A stretch of DNA of 44,868 nucleotides from a virus (lineage: Duplodnaviria > Caudoviricetes), in IMG/VR virus record IMGVR_UViG_3300042503_001575, positions 1 to 44,868 of that record. One strand, 5' to 3'. The notes below the pieces were generated by a model. The model was given only the letters and a program-made list of their open reading frames with translations. It did no database searches and was not told the origin of the DNA. Made by a program: the position numbers and the translations under genes. Numbering within the stretch: position 1 is the first letter of the stretch; every line of letters begins with the position of its first letter. This document shows, in pieces, positions 1 to 9,600 of this stretch.

Positions 1-490
1 AGTTCATTGTAGTTCTTTTTAAACCTACAACTTCAGCGGCTTCTTTTACACCCAAGTAGAAAATTCCAGTTGACTCATCTAATATTAATTTAGATGTCTT
101 TAATCTAGCTTTTCTGCCATTTTCAGCCCCACACATTTTTCCGACACGTCTACCCCTCTCTCTCATTGCGTCATCAACTTTCCTTAATCCTGTATCAGAA
201 CAATGTTTTTGATTTTCAGACCTTGTCATCCATTCTAAATTACAAGCTAAGTTGTTTAACTTGTTACCATCCATATGATTAACTTGTTCTTTATTTTCCA
301 AATTTGGTATGTACGCTTCCGCGACTAACCTATGAACTGAAAAATACTTATAACCATCTTTATTAAACAATTGTATCTGATTGTAACCACAATTTGTTAC
401 CCTCAGTTTAAGAAACTTCATGGTATAAAGACTAAAAACCCTTCCATCAGGGCTAATTAAATAGTTTTCATATCCTTTTATTTGTTTCAT
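1..490 (-). CDS. NUMOD4-type HNH homing endonuclease (3' end runs off the window)
   Basis: Not in the ORF track; translated by hand from ATG at 490: MKQIKGYENYLISPDGRVFS...VHRLVAEAYIPNLENKEQVNHMDGNKLNNLACNLEWMTRSENQKH, i.e. NUMOD4 start plus HNH_3 motif. Confidence 0.9.
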   Translation of the reverse strand, partial: MKQIKGYENYLISPDGRVFSLYTMKFLKLRVTNCGYNQIQLFNKDGYKYFSVHRLVAEAYIPNLENKEQVNHMDGNKLNNLACNLEWMTRSENQKHCSDTGLRKVDDAMRERGRRVGKMCGAENGRKARLKTSKLILDESTGIFYLGVKEAAEVVGLKRTTMN

Positions 491-494
491 TTTT

Positions 495-1022
495 TTATTG
501 TTGAACAACCACTCTCACAAATTCATTACTATAAAAAGCTACTGCTACTGTTAATGATCCAGTTGTTTTATCCCATACAACTTGGTTTCCTGTTGGAGTC
601 CCTGAAGTTAATATGGCACCAATGTTATTACCCTGTCTAAATGCGTTTATGCATCTCTTACCAATTGCTTGTGGGAAATAAATTGTAAATGAACCAACGT
701 TTGCATTACCAGAATATTCGTAAACACTAAAGTTCCCACCACCACCGGGGATTACATTACCTCCTCCACCACCAGTTCCTAATATTTCTATTGCCACTTG
801 TAATTTAGAACCACATAGTGCATAAACATAATTAGAAGTTCCCGGAAGTCCTGATAATTGCTGGTCAACACCATATTGCAAAGCCTTTCTTTCTAGGTAA
901 AGTTGTTGAGCCTTGCGTGGATCAATACTTCCATTGAAGAAAACGTTCTGTTTAGGAATTGAATCGTTCCATAAATACTGAGAAATCTCAGCTATAGAAA
1001 CAACTGTATTAGGATCGAGCAT
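495..1022 (-). CDS. Probable virion structural protein (Gly-rich hinge, beta-rich C-terminus)
   Basis: ORF track 495..1040; ATG at 1022 preferred because the upstream TTG overlaps the promoter box; GTGGGGGNVIPGGGG linker; lies in the late gene block. Confidence 0.55.
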   Translation of the reverse strand: MLDPNTVVSIAEISQYLWNDSIPKQNVFFNGSIDPRKAQQLYLERKALQYGVDQQLSGLPGTSNYVYALCGSKLQVAIEILGTGGGGGNVIPGGGGNFSVYEYSGNANVGSFTIYFPQAIGKRCINAFRQGNNIGAILTSGTPTGNQVVWDKTTGSLTVAVAFYSNEFVRVVVQQ

Positions 1023-1037
1023 ATTGAAAACTTTTCC

Positions 1038-1045
1038 CAAATATA
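1038..1045 (-). promoter_or_regulatory. Bacteroidota -7 promoter box TATATTTG
   Basis: TAnnTTTG consensus about 15 nt upstream of the ATG at 1022. Confidence 0.65.
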
Positions 1046-1080
1046 AGCCATTTTTAACAATTTTTCCGTAATTTTATTGC

Positions 1081-1163
1081 GCAATGTGATGGTTGCAGAA
1101 AACTTTTTAATAGCCCGAAACAGGATTGACATCCATCACTGTCTTTCTTGCGTAGGGCTTTTT
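1081..1163 (+). promoter_or_regulatory. Structured RNA leader: two hairpins with complementary loops, the second ending in a U-tract
   Basis: GCAA..TTGC stem enclosing GTGATGG (1086-1092); AGCCC..GGGCT long stem with apical CCATCAC (1133-1139); followed by TTTTT. Confidence 0.55.
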
Positions 1164-1174
1164 AAATTTAATTT

Positions 1175-1744
1175 ATGGAAATTTGGGAAAACACCGATTT
1201 ATGTTCTTTAGAAGGTGAAATTTGGAAAGAAATAAAAGACTACGAAGGTCTTTATGAAATAAGCAATTTTGGAAGAGTAAAATGCTTGCCTAAAGATATT
1301 GGCCACTGCCTTACTAATATTAAAATAATGAAGCTTAAAAAATCTAAAAATGGATATATAATAGCACCGTTATGCCTAAATAAAAAATATAAATTTAAAT
1401 ATGTCCATAGAATAGTTGCCAATGCTTTTATATCAAATATTGTAAATAAACCACAAGTAAATCATAAAAATGGAGAAAGAAGTAATAATAATTATGAAAA
1501 TTTAGAATGGGCAACAGAATCTGAAAATATGTTTCATTCTTATAAAGAATTAGGAAGAAAAAGCTGTGTCAAAAAAGGAGAATTGAATCATAAAAACAAA
1601 AAGATTTTATGTATAAATAATGGTATAATTTACTACTCCACAAATGAGGCTGGAAAACAAACAAATGTCCATCCATCAAATGTAAGCAAGGTTTGCAGGG
1701 GTATTCTAGAAAGCTGCAAAAATATAAAATTCAAGTATATTTAG
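1175..1744 (+). CDS. NUMOD4-HNH homing endonuclease with C-terminal NUMOD1-like HTH
   Basis: EIWKEIKDYEGLYEISNFGRVK; VHRIVANAF..KPQVNHKNGERSNNNYENLEWATESENMFH; opposite strand to its neighbours. Confidence 0.92.
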   Translation: MEIWENTDLCSLEGEIWKEIKDYEGLYEISNFGRVKCLPKDIGHCLTNIKIMKLKKSKNGYIIAPLCLNKKYKFKYVHRIVANAFISNIVNKPQVNHKNGERSNNNYENLEWATESENMFHSYKELGRKSCVKKGELNHKNKKILCINNGIIYYSTNEAGKQTNVHPSNVSKVCRGILESCKNIKFKYI

Positions 1745-2259
1745 AAAAATAATGCTTGATTGGTAGATATATATGTAGCTCTATTCAAAGCAGCTTGTGC
1801 ACTGTATATATCAGAAGCAAATGTAATACTTTGGTCTGCACTATCAATCTCCACCCTTAGAACCAATTTTGATTGGTACCAATTCGTGCTTGCAGACAAA
1901 TTAGAATTTGCAACTTGACTTTCAGTTAAGCCGTAATAAAAAGTTTCATTATATGCAGTAAATGCGAATGAAATTGTTTTAGATGTAACAACGGTATTTA
2001 AACCACTCATCCATTGTACAGTAATACTTAATGCAGAATCTTGAGATAACACATCTAAATCAATGCTTGTATCAACCAAATCCCAAACCACATAATCTGT
2101 GGTGGTTCCAGCAGGAACTAAAAATGTACCATTAGCTTGTAATAAATATACTCTGCGAGAAGCAATAGTAACATCACTTCCCGTACTTGTATCGGTTAAT
2201 GTAATAACTGACGGAGTGCCACTAAACTGAGTGGCCGTAAAATTAGGTACAAGAGGCAT
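1741..2259 (-). CDS. Probable virion structural protein with PKD/Ig-like beta-sandwich N-terminus
   Basis: PNFTATQFSGTPSVITLTDTSTGSD resembles a PKD-domain start; Ser/Thr-rich; own promoter box. Confidence 0.55.
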   Translation of the reverse strand: MPLVPNFTATQFSGTPSVITLTDTSTGSDVTIASRRVYLLQANGTFLVPAGTTTDYVVWDLVDTSIDLDVLSQDSALSITVQWMSGLNTVVTSKTISFAFTAYNETFYYGLTESQVANSNLSASTNWYQSKLVLRVEIDSADQSITFASDIYSAQAALNRATYISTNQALFF

Positions 2260-2277
2260 TTGCTTTAAATTTTACAC

Positions 2278-2285
2278 CAAATATA
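2278..2285 (-). promoter_or_regulatory. Bacteroidota -7 promoter box TATATTTG
   Basis: Consensus match 18 nt upstream of the ATG at 2259. Confidence 0.65.
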
Positions 2286-2317
2286 AGAAAAATATGGCTA
2301 TTTTTTATAGACAAATT

Positions 2318-5300
2318 TTATTTTGGCTCAGTTTTAAATCTTGCTTTGAAAACTTCCTTCTCTGCACCTTCTAAAGCTTCCTTCTTAATCTGCTCAATAT
2401 TTATGGAAGCGTCTTGATATTGCTTGTATTTATCCTTGAATTTAGCAAATCCAGCTTCCTTTGCATTTTTATAAATAATAGCCAAAGCAGCTAATTTAGA
2501 TTCATCATCTTTATCGTTTGTCAAGTCTAAAAAAGTCTTTTCTTTTAATTGGCCATCTTGAATTTTTGGATAAGTTGACTTATTATAAATAAATGGAGCT
2601 ACCATACTTTTTCTAGCCTGTCCTATAAATACATCTAAATCACGTTTTTCAGCTTCAGATATTTTAACATCTTTGCCATTTACTTTGATTCTGTAATCTT
2701 CTATAGGTGGGAAGAATTCGTTTCTACCAGTCCTTCTTTGCTCATCATATAGGATTGCGCCAAATTTATTGTTTGAACCCTTTTCAAAACCCAACATAGA
2801 TCCTAATACCCCGGAAACCGATTTGTCTTGAGGCATAGGTTCGCCCCAAATTGAAATTTTGGATGGTGGATATCCTGTAGCCCAAGCCACAAAAATATTT
2901 CTTTGTTTTGTGTTATTTTTTATTTCATCAATGACATTGTCAGCCTTATTGTTAACTTTTTCTGGAGTCAAGGCTCTACTCATAGATGCCAAAGTTCCAC
3001 CAAACACCATGTTTTCAAGGGCATTTGCATTATTAACAATCAATTGACCAGCCATATCGGGGCCTTTTCTTAAAGCATCTACAAGCTTTGCACCTTGATC
3101 AAATACCAAAGTATTTAAAATAGAAGTAGTAGAATAACCTAAAGTTGTCAATCTATCTTGCAACCAAGAAGCTTCTACAGGCTCGCCCTTTAATTCTTTT
3201 TGCTTGGCATCTTCCATCATTCTGCCCCTTACATCAATCATAGATCCAATCGGGCCGAACCATGATAAATCAACCCAATAATCATCACCGGAACCTAAAA
3301 GAACACCTAAATTAACTTGATTATCTTTCCCAAAGAAAGACTCGCCTGCTCTTTCTCTTGCCTCATCTTCCTCTGTATTTTTAGTTCTTACCAAACCCTT
3401 TTGTACCAATGCCGCAGCTCCTGCTGTTACAACTAGTCCAACAACCGCAAAACCAAAGCTTTCTTTTGACTTTTTACTATATTCTCTGTAACCAATCAAA
3501 TCGCCTTTAGATAACGCTCTTTTAGCTATGGCAGCTTCTCCCATTGACTTTAACATAGTCAATTCTGGATTTACTACCTTAAAATATACCCAAGCAACAT
3601 TTGCTGGAGTTTTAACGAATGGCAAAGTTGAAGCTTTTAAAATGGCAACTGGCGGTTTGATTATCTTACCAACAGCATTGTCTTTTTCTGTAACTCTAGC
3701 CCACTCGTCTATTTTTGATAAGAAATCATTTAAATAGTTTTCGTTTTGGAATGTTGCTCTAGATCCTGCATCAACAATCCTTTTTGCTATTGATTTAGAT
3801 TGTTTAGATGCTTCCTCAGAAGTTAATCCTGCTTTTTTAATTAAATAATTATAAGCATATTTTTCTGGAGAAGTCATGAAAGCTTCTATTTCAATTGGAT
3901 CTTTTATACCTAGTTCTTGATGGCCCAGTTGCAATGCCTCTGCCCCTTGTGCTGCATAGCGAGGAGGTTTATCGCCATATATCATACCTCTTGAAATGGC
4001 ATAAGGTTGCCATCCAAGTGTTGATTGAATCCACTTATCTATTTTTTGTTGCTTAGATAAAAACAATTCACCACTCATAGATTTTTTCAAATCTCTATAA
4101 GCTTTTCTTGGGTTTAATGTGCTCGCATATTGGCTTTGAGAAAAATAATCTTTTTCATCAATACCCTTAATCATTTGTTCCCAACCTCTAATTACACCTT
4201 CTCTATATTCTTTGAAATATCCTTTTTGCGCATCCGTTAAACTTACTTTTGGTTTAATAACCTTAGTTCCAATTATTTTATTAGCTAAATTACTTACCTG
4301 ATAAACAGTATAGTCAACACCTTTTACAGATAATGATGCTGGGAATCTAACAGTGGATTGATATATTATGTTTTGTGCAAAGTTCTTAACCAATGTATTT
4401 AAACTCAAATAGTTTAAAGTAATCAATGATTTTAATGTACCAACAACATCTGCTTTTTGAGTAGTAAGTTCGTATAACTTTCTATCTGCTTCTAAGCTTT
4501 CAGCTTTTGCTTTTTTAAATGCATCAATGCTTTCTCTTGTTGGATTATTTAAAAACTCTTGCTCTAGGTCATCAGCTATATTTGACTTCGCTGTTAATGC
4601 TTCTATTTCTTTCATTTCAGCCTCTGTCAATTTCTTAACACCAGAAGCCTCTGCTATAATATCTTTAAACTCATCATATTCTAAACCACCACTTTCAACA
4701 ATCTTTTTTAAAGACCTTCTTACAATAGTTTCTTTCTGCTCATCAGATAGACCTTTTAATCTTTTACTAAAAGCTTCTAAGTATTGCTTAGCTTTTTTAT
4801 CAATGTATTCTGGAGATTCTTTTTTGGCTTCATCATACATATTTTTTACTCTATCATAATCAGACTTTGCAGCTTGTTCTTTTTCGTTTAAGGTTTTTTT
4901 ACCCTTATATTCTTCAGCACTAAAATCTTTTTCTTTTATTCTTCTTTCTAATTCTTTTGTTCTTCTTTCTAATGACTTAATTAAATCCCTTTCTTTTGAA
5001 GCACCTTCTCCTACAACTTTTTCTAATTGAGCTTCGTATTCACTTCTAAATTTTTCCTTGTCCCATTTCTCTCCTTTCAATTCTTTTTCAATATGATCAA
5101 TTGCGCTTTGAACTGCAATAACAATTCTATCTCCTGCTTTTACAGAAGCTTTCATAATTTCAACTGCTGCATTCCAAACTTGAGGCGGTATAATTGTACC
5201 GTATGTGCCACCTTTTAATTTAGCTTTATCAAAGAAATCATCAATAGATTTATCTCTTTTCTTTCTTTCGGCAGAGCGTTCTTCCTTTAATAATTTATTA

Positions 5301-6145
5301 GCTTCTTCCTTTATTAGAGCTTGACCTTCTTCACCTTTTAATAATTCTTTAAATACATCTTTAAAGTTCGCTTCTCTTGGATTATAGAAGCTAGTTTCAA
5401 AATTCTGATATCTATCTTCATTTACCATAATGGAAAAACCCATAGGGCTAGTCTTGTAGAAATAAGCTATTTGCGCATTCCATTGACCTTTGCCTGTGGT
5501 TAGATTAGCATATTCTTTGCTTGTTGCTGTCCATTGTCTTGCCAAAGCATCTGCTTCTTCTATTTTACCTTCTGCTCTTAATTTTCTTTCTTTTGACCAC
5601 ATATCATTAAGAGATTCGGCAAAGATTGCAGAACCAACTGAAGGATCTACCTTCTCACTTCTAGCAATATCTAATGCATCTGCAACGCCTAAATCATTAA
5701 CAATAGCCCTAGCTGCTTGATTTGCTTCTACTTGATTGCTTACCTTGTATGTAAGTCCTTGTTCTTCTAATCCTTTTTTATATTCTTCTGGTATATCAGA
5801 ACTCATTAAATTCTTAAGCAACGATCTTTGTCTTTCGGCAGGCGTTCCTTTATACAAGAATTCATTTACTTTTTCTTCTTCATAACCTTCAATCCTACTT
5901 TTTGGGGCAATTTTTTGCCTTTGCTGGCTTGATCGTACTCCTTCACTACTTTCGGAGATATTTTTCCCTGCGCCTCTAGGACGTGAAACTTTTTCCTCTG
6001 CGCTTCGCTCTTGTATGGCATCTTGGATAGTTTTTAAATTAGATAAATCTTGGTTTAAAAGATAGTCTTTAAGCTCCGGTTCGGTCATTTCTTTGAACTC
6101 TCCGGGCTTAATTTCAATAATATATTTACAAGGGTTTTGTGCCAT
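2318..6145 (-). CDS. Large internal virion / ejection protein (1275 aa)
   Basis: Large, predicted helical, hydrophobic stretch (FGFAVVGLVVTAGAAALV), PFVKTPANV segment typical of podoviral large ejection proteins; last of a size-increasing series after the tail genes. Confidence 0.65.
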   Translation of the reverse strand: MAQNPCKYIIEIKPGEFKEMTEPELKDYLLNQDLSNLKTIQDAIQERSAEEKVSRPRGAGKNISESSEGVRSSQQRQKIAPKSRIEGYEEEKVNEFLYKGTPAERQRSLLKNLMSSDIPEEYKKGLEEQGLTYKVSNQVEANQAARAIVNDLGVADALDIARSEKVDPSVGSAIFAESLNDMWSKERKLRAEGKIEEADALARQWTATSKEYANLTTGKGQWNAQIAYFYKTSPMGFSIMVNEDRYQNFETSFYNPREANFKDVFKELLKGEEGQALIKEEANKLLKEERSAERKKRDKSIDDFFDKAKLKGGTYGTIIPPQVWNAAVEIMKASVKAGDRIVIAVQSAIDHIEKELKGEKWDKEKFRSEYEAQLEKVVGEGASKERDLIKSLERRTKELERRIKEKDFSAEEYKGKKTLNEKEQAAKSDYDRVKNMYDEAKKESPEYIDKKAKQYLEAFSKRLKGLSDEQKETIVRRSLKKIVESGGLEYDEFKDIIAEASGVKKLTEAEMKEIEALTAKSNIADDLEQEFLNNPTRESIDAFKKAKAESLEADRKLYELTTQKADVVGTLKSLITLNYLSLNTLVKNFAQNIIYQSTVRFPASLSVKGVDYTVYQVSNLANKIIGTKVIKPKVSLTDAQKGYFKEYREGVIRGWEQMIKGIDEKDYFSQSQYASTLNPRKAYRDLKKSMSGELFLSKQQKIDKWIQSTLGWQPYAISRGMIYGDKPPRYAAQGAEALQLGHQELGIKDPIEIEAFMTSPEKYAYNYLIKKAGLTSEEASKQSKSIAKRIVDAGSRATFQNENYLNDFLSKIDEWARVTEKDNAVGKIIKPPVAILKASTLPFVKTPANVAWVYFKVVNPELTMLKSMGEAAIAKRALSKGDLIGYREYSKKSKESFGFAVVGLVVTAGAAALVQKGLVRTKNTEEDEARERAGESFFGKDNQVNLGVLLGSGDDYWVDLSWFGPIGSMIDVRGRMMEDAKQKELKGEPVEASWLQDRLTTLGYSTTSILNTLVFDQGAKLVDALRKGPDMAGQLIVNNANALENMVFGGTLASMSRALTPEKVNNKADNVIDEIKNNTKQRNIFVAWATGYPPSKISIWGEPMPQDKSVSGVLGSMLGFEKGSNNKFGAILYDEQRRTGRNEFFPPIEDYRIKVNGKDVKISEAEKRDLDVFIGQARKSMVAPFIYNKSTYPKIQDGQLKEKTFLDLTNDKDDESKLAALAIIYKNAKEAGFAKFKDKYKQYQDASINIEQIKKEALEGAEKEVFKARFKTEPK

Positions 6146-6642
6146 TATAAGTCAGATATATGTTGGTCAAATTCAAGTATTTCTTTTGTTTGCTCGGCTA
6201 TTTTATATTTAGCAAGTAAATCACCATATTGACCTACAGCTTTTCTTTGAATTTCAATAAACTGTAAAACGTATTGAGCCACAGAAACATCTTCATCTGC
6301 TGCTTTTTCATAAAGGTCTTTATATTGATTATATACGTCCAATTCAGTATTGTAACCAATTTCTAACGCATCCCCAATATCCGTTACTTTATCCGTAACT
6401 GAATCAATTTTTGGAAGGTCAGCACAATCACCCATGTCATTCATAAACTCAACGTGCATCTGATAATGGGTTAATTCTTCAGCACTTTCTGCTAAGAAAT
6501 ACTTTTGGCTACCAAATAGACCTAATCTCTGCAATTGATTAGCTAGGCTTTTCCACAGGTTAGATTGATATAACTCTATATATACCGCATCTTGCATGCC
6601 CTTTTTCATTGCTGGGCTTAATAACGACTTTAGGTTGGACAT
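6145..6642 (-). CDS. Ferritin-like protein
   Basis: Aligns by eye along its length with E. coli FtnA: IELY (E17), EELTH (E49/E50/H53), TELD (E94), IQ (Q127), C-terminal FDQHI. Confidence 0.85.
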   Translation of the reverse strand: MSNLKSLLSPAMKKGMQDAVYIELYQSNLWKSLANQLQRLGLFGSQKYFLAESAEELTHYQMHVEFMNDMGDCADLPKIDSVTDKVTDIGDALEIGYNTELDVYNQYKDLYEKAADEDVSVAQYVLQFIEIQRKAVGQYGDLLAKYKIAEQTKEILEFDQHISDL

Positions 6643-9600
6643 ATTTTCTCTATTTTAAGTTCTTTTAGTAATTCGTCAAATTTACTATTTATTATTTGTC
6701 TTTTTTCATTTCTAGTCAAGTCTTTATAAGACTCCCTTTTTTCTTCCCCTTTCTTAACTGGTTCAGGCTGCTTAGCACCTCCTTCTTTTGTTGTGGGTTT
6801 AGCTTCAGGAATCTCTCCTTCAACTTCAATGGTTCTTGGTTGTTGTTCATATTCATTAATTAAATCGTTTATATTTTCTTTTTCTTCTTTGGTCATATTG
6901 GCTTCATCTTCTAAATATGCCATTAATGCTTCTTCATCCATTGGAGTGGTTACGTTTTCTTTATCTACTCCAATAAATTCATCTAGTGTTGCACCGACTT
7001 TTCCAAATGTTTTGTCTTTTAAATCAAATAAATTTTTATTAAATCCATTTTCTAATGCGTTTAACAAGTTATTAGCTTGAACACTTGGTATTCCATCTGC
7101 AATATCTTGAACGGCTGATTCTATTTGGGCTTCTGTCATTCTAACTCCATCGCCTCTATCAACATCTAATGATGTCAAATTGGGAGAATCAACTAATTCC
7201 TCATACTTTCTTTTAAAATTTTCATCCCTATCCATTAACAATACAGAACCTTCTTTTAAAGCCCCTAAAGAAGAATCTCTACTAGTTCCTTTTGCTTTAA
7301 CAAATCTATCGCCTACTTTTTTGCTCTTAGATTTTACTTGTATAAAAACTCCATTATATCTATAAAACTCATCTCCTAACTTTGAATTTAATTCCCTTAC
7401 CTTTTGCCTTATTGCACCTTGAATTTTAGATTTTTCATTTCCTCTTGCCACTTGTGCAGCATCAGCCATTTTTATTAAATCATTATTGTTTACCTCTCTT
7501 TCATTAAGTCCTGTTTCTTTTTGCCTTTCTTTTACCCTTTCTGCTCTTTCAGATTCAGTCATTCCGCTTAAAGTAGCAACCTTAACTCCTTCCTTAGCTT
7601 CAGGCTCAACTTCTACTCTTTTACTTTCTGCAATTATAGGTTTAGGCTTTAATTTACCTTCTTCTTTTGCTTCAGTTGGTTTAACTTCTGCTTTTGGTAT
7701 TTTTAAAGCAGCTAGTTCTGCATCATACTTAGCTTTGACATTTTTATAAAACTCCTCATATCCCTCAATTGGAATTTTACCACCTTTTGATATATCAACA
7801 CTATCTAATTCTTCTTGCCTTCTTCTTTCTATATCAGCTTTCTTAGCTTCAACACCAACACCACCTTCCTCTTTTACAATAGGTAATTCAGAAGGGGTTT
7901 GTTTTTCTTTAATTAAGGGTTCAAATTGCTTTGTTTCTTTATTATATATTTCTAAATCTTCCGCTTTTACTGGTTTATTTTCACTAAATTTATCTTGCTT
8001 AACTCTTATTGTTTCTTGACTTTCCTTATCACCGTACCAATTTTTGCCGTTCCCTTTAGTCCAATATTTAGTATTAACATTACCGCCTTTTTGCTTACCT
8101 TCTCTTGGTAGAACTTCCCCGCTTTCTGTTATAGAATCAATTTCTTTGCTAGATAATGTTCTATAATTATATCCTTCTTCTGAAATATGTGCTTCTTTAG
8201 GTGCTTCTCCTAATTGTACGTTTGATTCAAAGACCCTATTTTTAAATTCAACTTCTCCTTCTTTTGGCTCTCCAATAACTTCACTAACTGTTTCAGTTGT
8301 AGAGATTTTATCTTCTGTGGGCTGCAATACTTCGGATTCTTCTTTAATTTTAGCGGGTTCTCCTGTAATATTATCCTTTTCAAATTTGAATATATCTTTA
8401 GTTTTAGAAATACCGTTAGTTTCTTTATCTAATTGGTTTATTTTAGCTTCGTTTTCAATTATTTTATCATTAAAAGAACTGCCATATTTTTTTAATTGAC
8501 TATTTTCTTCTACTAACTTTTGTCTTTGTAACAACTTCCCCGTCATAGCCGCCTTTTGTTCTTCCGATAAAGGCATATTAGCTAATACTGCTTTTTGTTC
8601 ATCAAACTTAGATAACTTAGATAATACCATTTGGGTAGTACCTTGTTTAAAAATACCCTTTTGTTCACCATCTTGATAAAAATCAGCCACTTCTTCTCTA
8701 GGTGCTGATGCAACTAAATTTTCTATTTGCGGTCTTATATAAGATGGTATTTTAAAAGGTTCTGTCATTCCCCATAACCCAAAATGCATAATAGCCATTT
8801 GCTTTGCACTTTCTAAGGCATTAGAAGCCATTTCATCTCCTTTAACGTCTACTCCAATACCCTTAGATGCTAAATCATTGATTAATGACCCTGCAACAGA
8901 TACCCCACCTACTTTTGGGTAAGATTTTACTGCGTGTTTTGCTGAATTTACAATACCATCCAACACCCCTTTTACTTCAATATTTGGCTTTGGTGCTTTA
9001 CCTAATAAATTTTGACTAATAGAACCCGCTAAAGCAGCGTTTGTAGCCAACCCTGTTATTTCTCCTACTAATGCTGCGTTATTAGCTTTATCGTATGCTT
9101 CTTTATCGGATATATTTGGATTTTGCTGTTTTAATCTAATGTAATTACTTTCAAGAACAGAACCATAGCCTCCGTAACCCATATCTTCTGCCATTGATAA
9201 AAACTGCAAGTAACTTCCACCGCCTGTTGGCAAAGCTGCTTGGGTAGCTGCTAAAGATGCAATAACCCCTTTTCCTAACATTCCTATATTTTCACCAACA
9301 AATTCACCTATTTCACCGCCTACGCCACTAGGGGCTGATTTTTGTTCTTGGGTAACTAATAATTTATTATTAAGATAATTTATTTTTTCTTCTTCATTTG
9401 CGTTTGCTAAAAAATTATTTACTGCCTCGTGTTCAAATTTTGTATTTACTGCATTTAAAAAAGATTCTATTGCCCCTGTTCCTCTTACTAATTTTGATTT
9501 TCCATTTTCTTTTACAGGAACTAATTCTCCATTTTTATAAAGATTAGTTACAAAGTCTTTTTCTTTATTTATTTCTTCTTTAGTTGGATTTGGCAATGTT

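Noticed and set aside
2859-8499. Multiple 60-110 aa plus-strand ORFs
   Set aside because: Antisense shadows of long minus-strand genes with Ser/Leu/Phe-biased composition.
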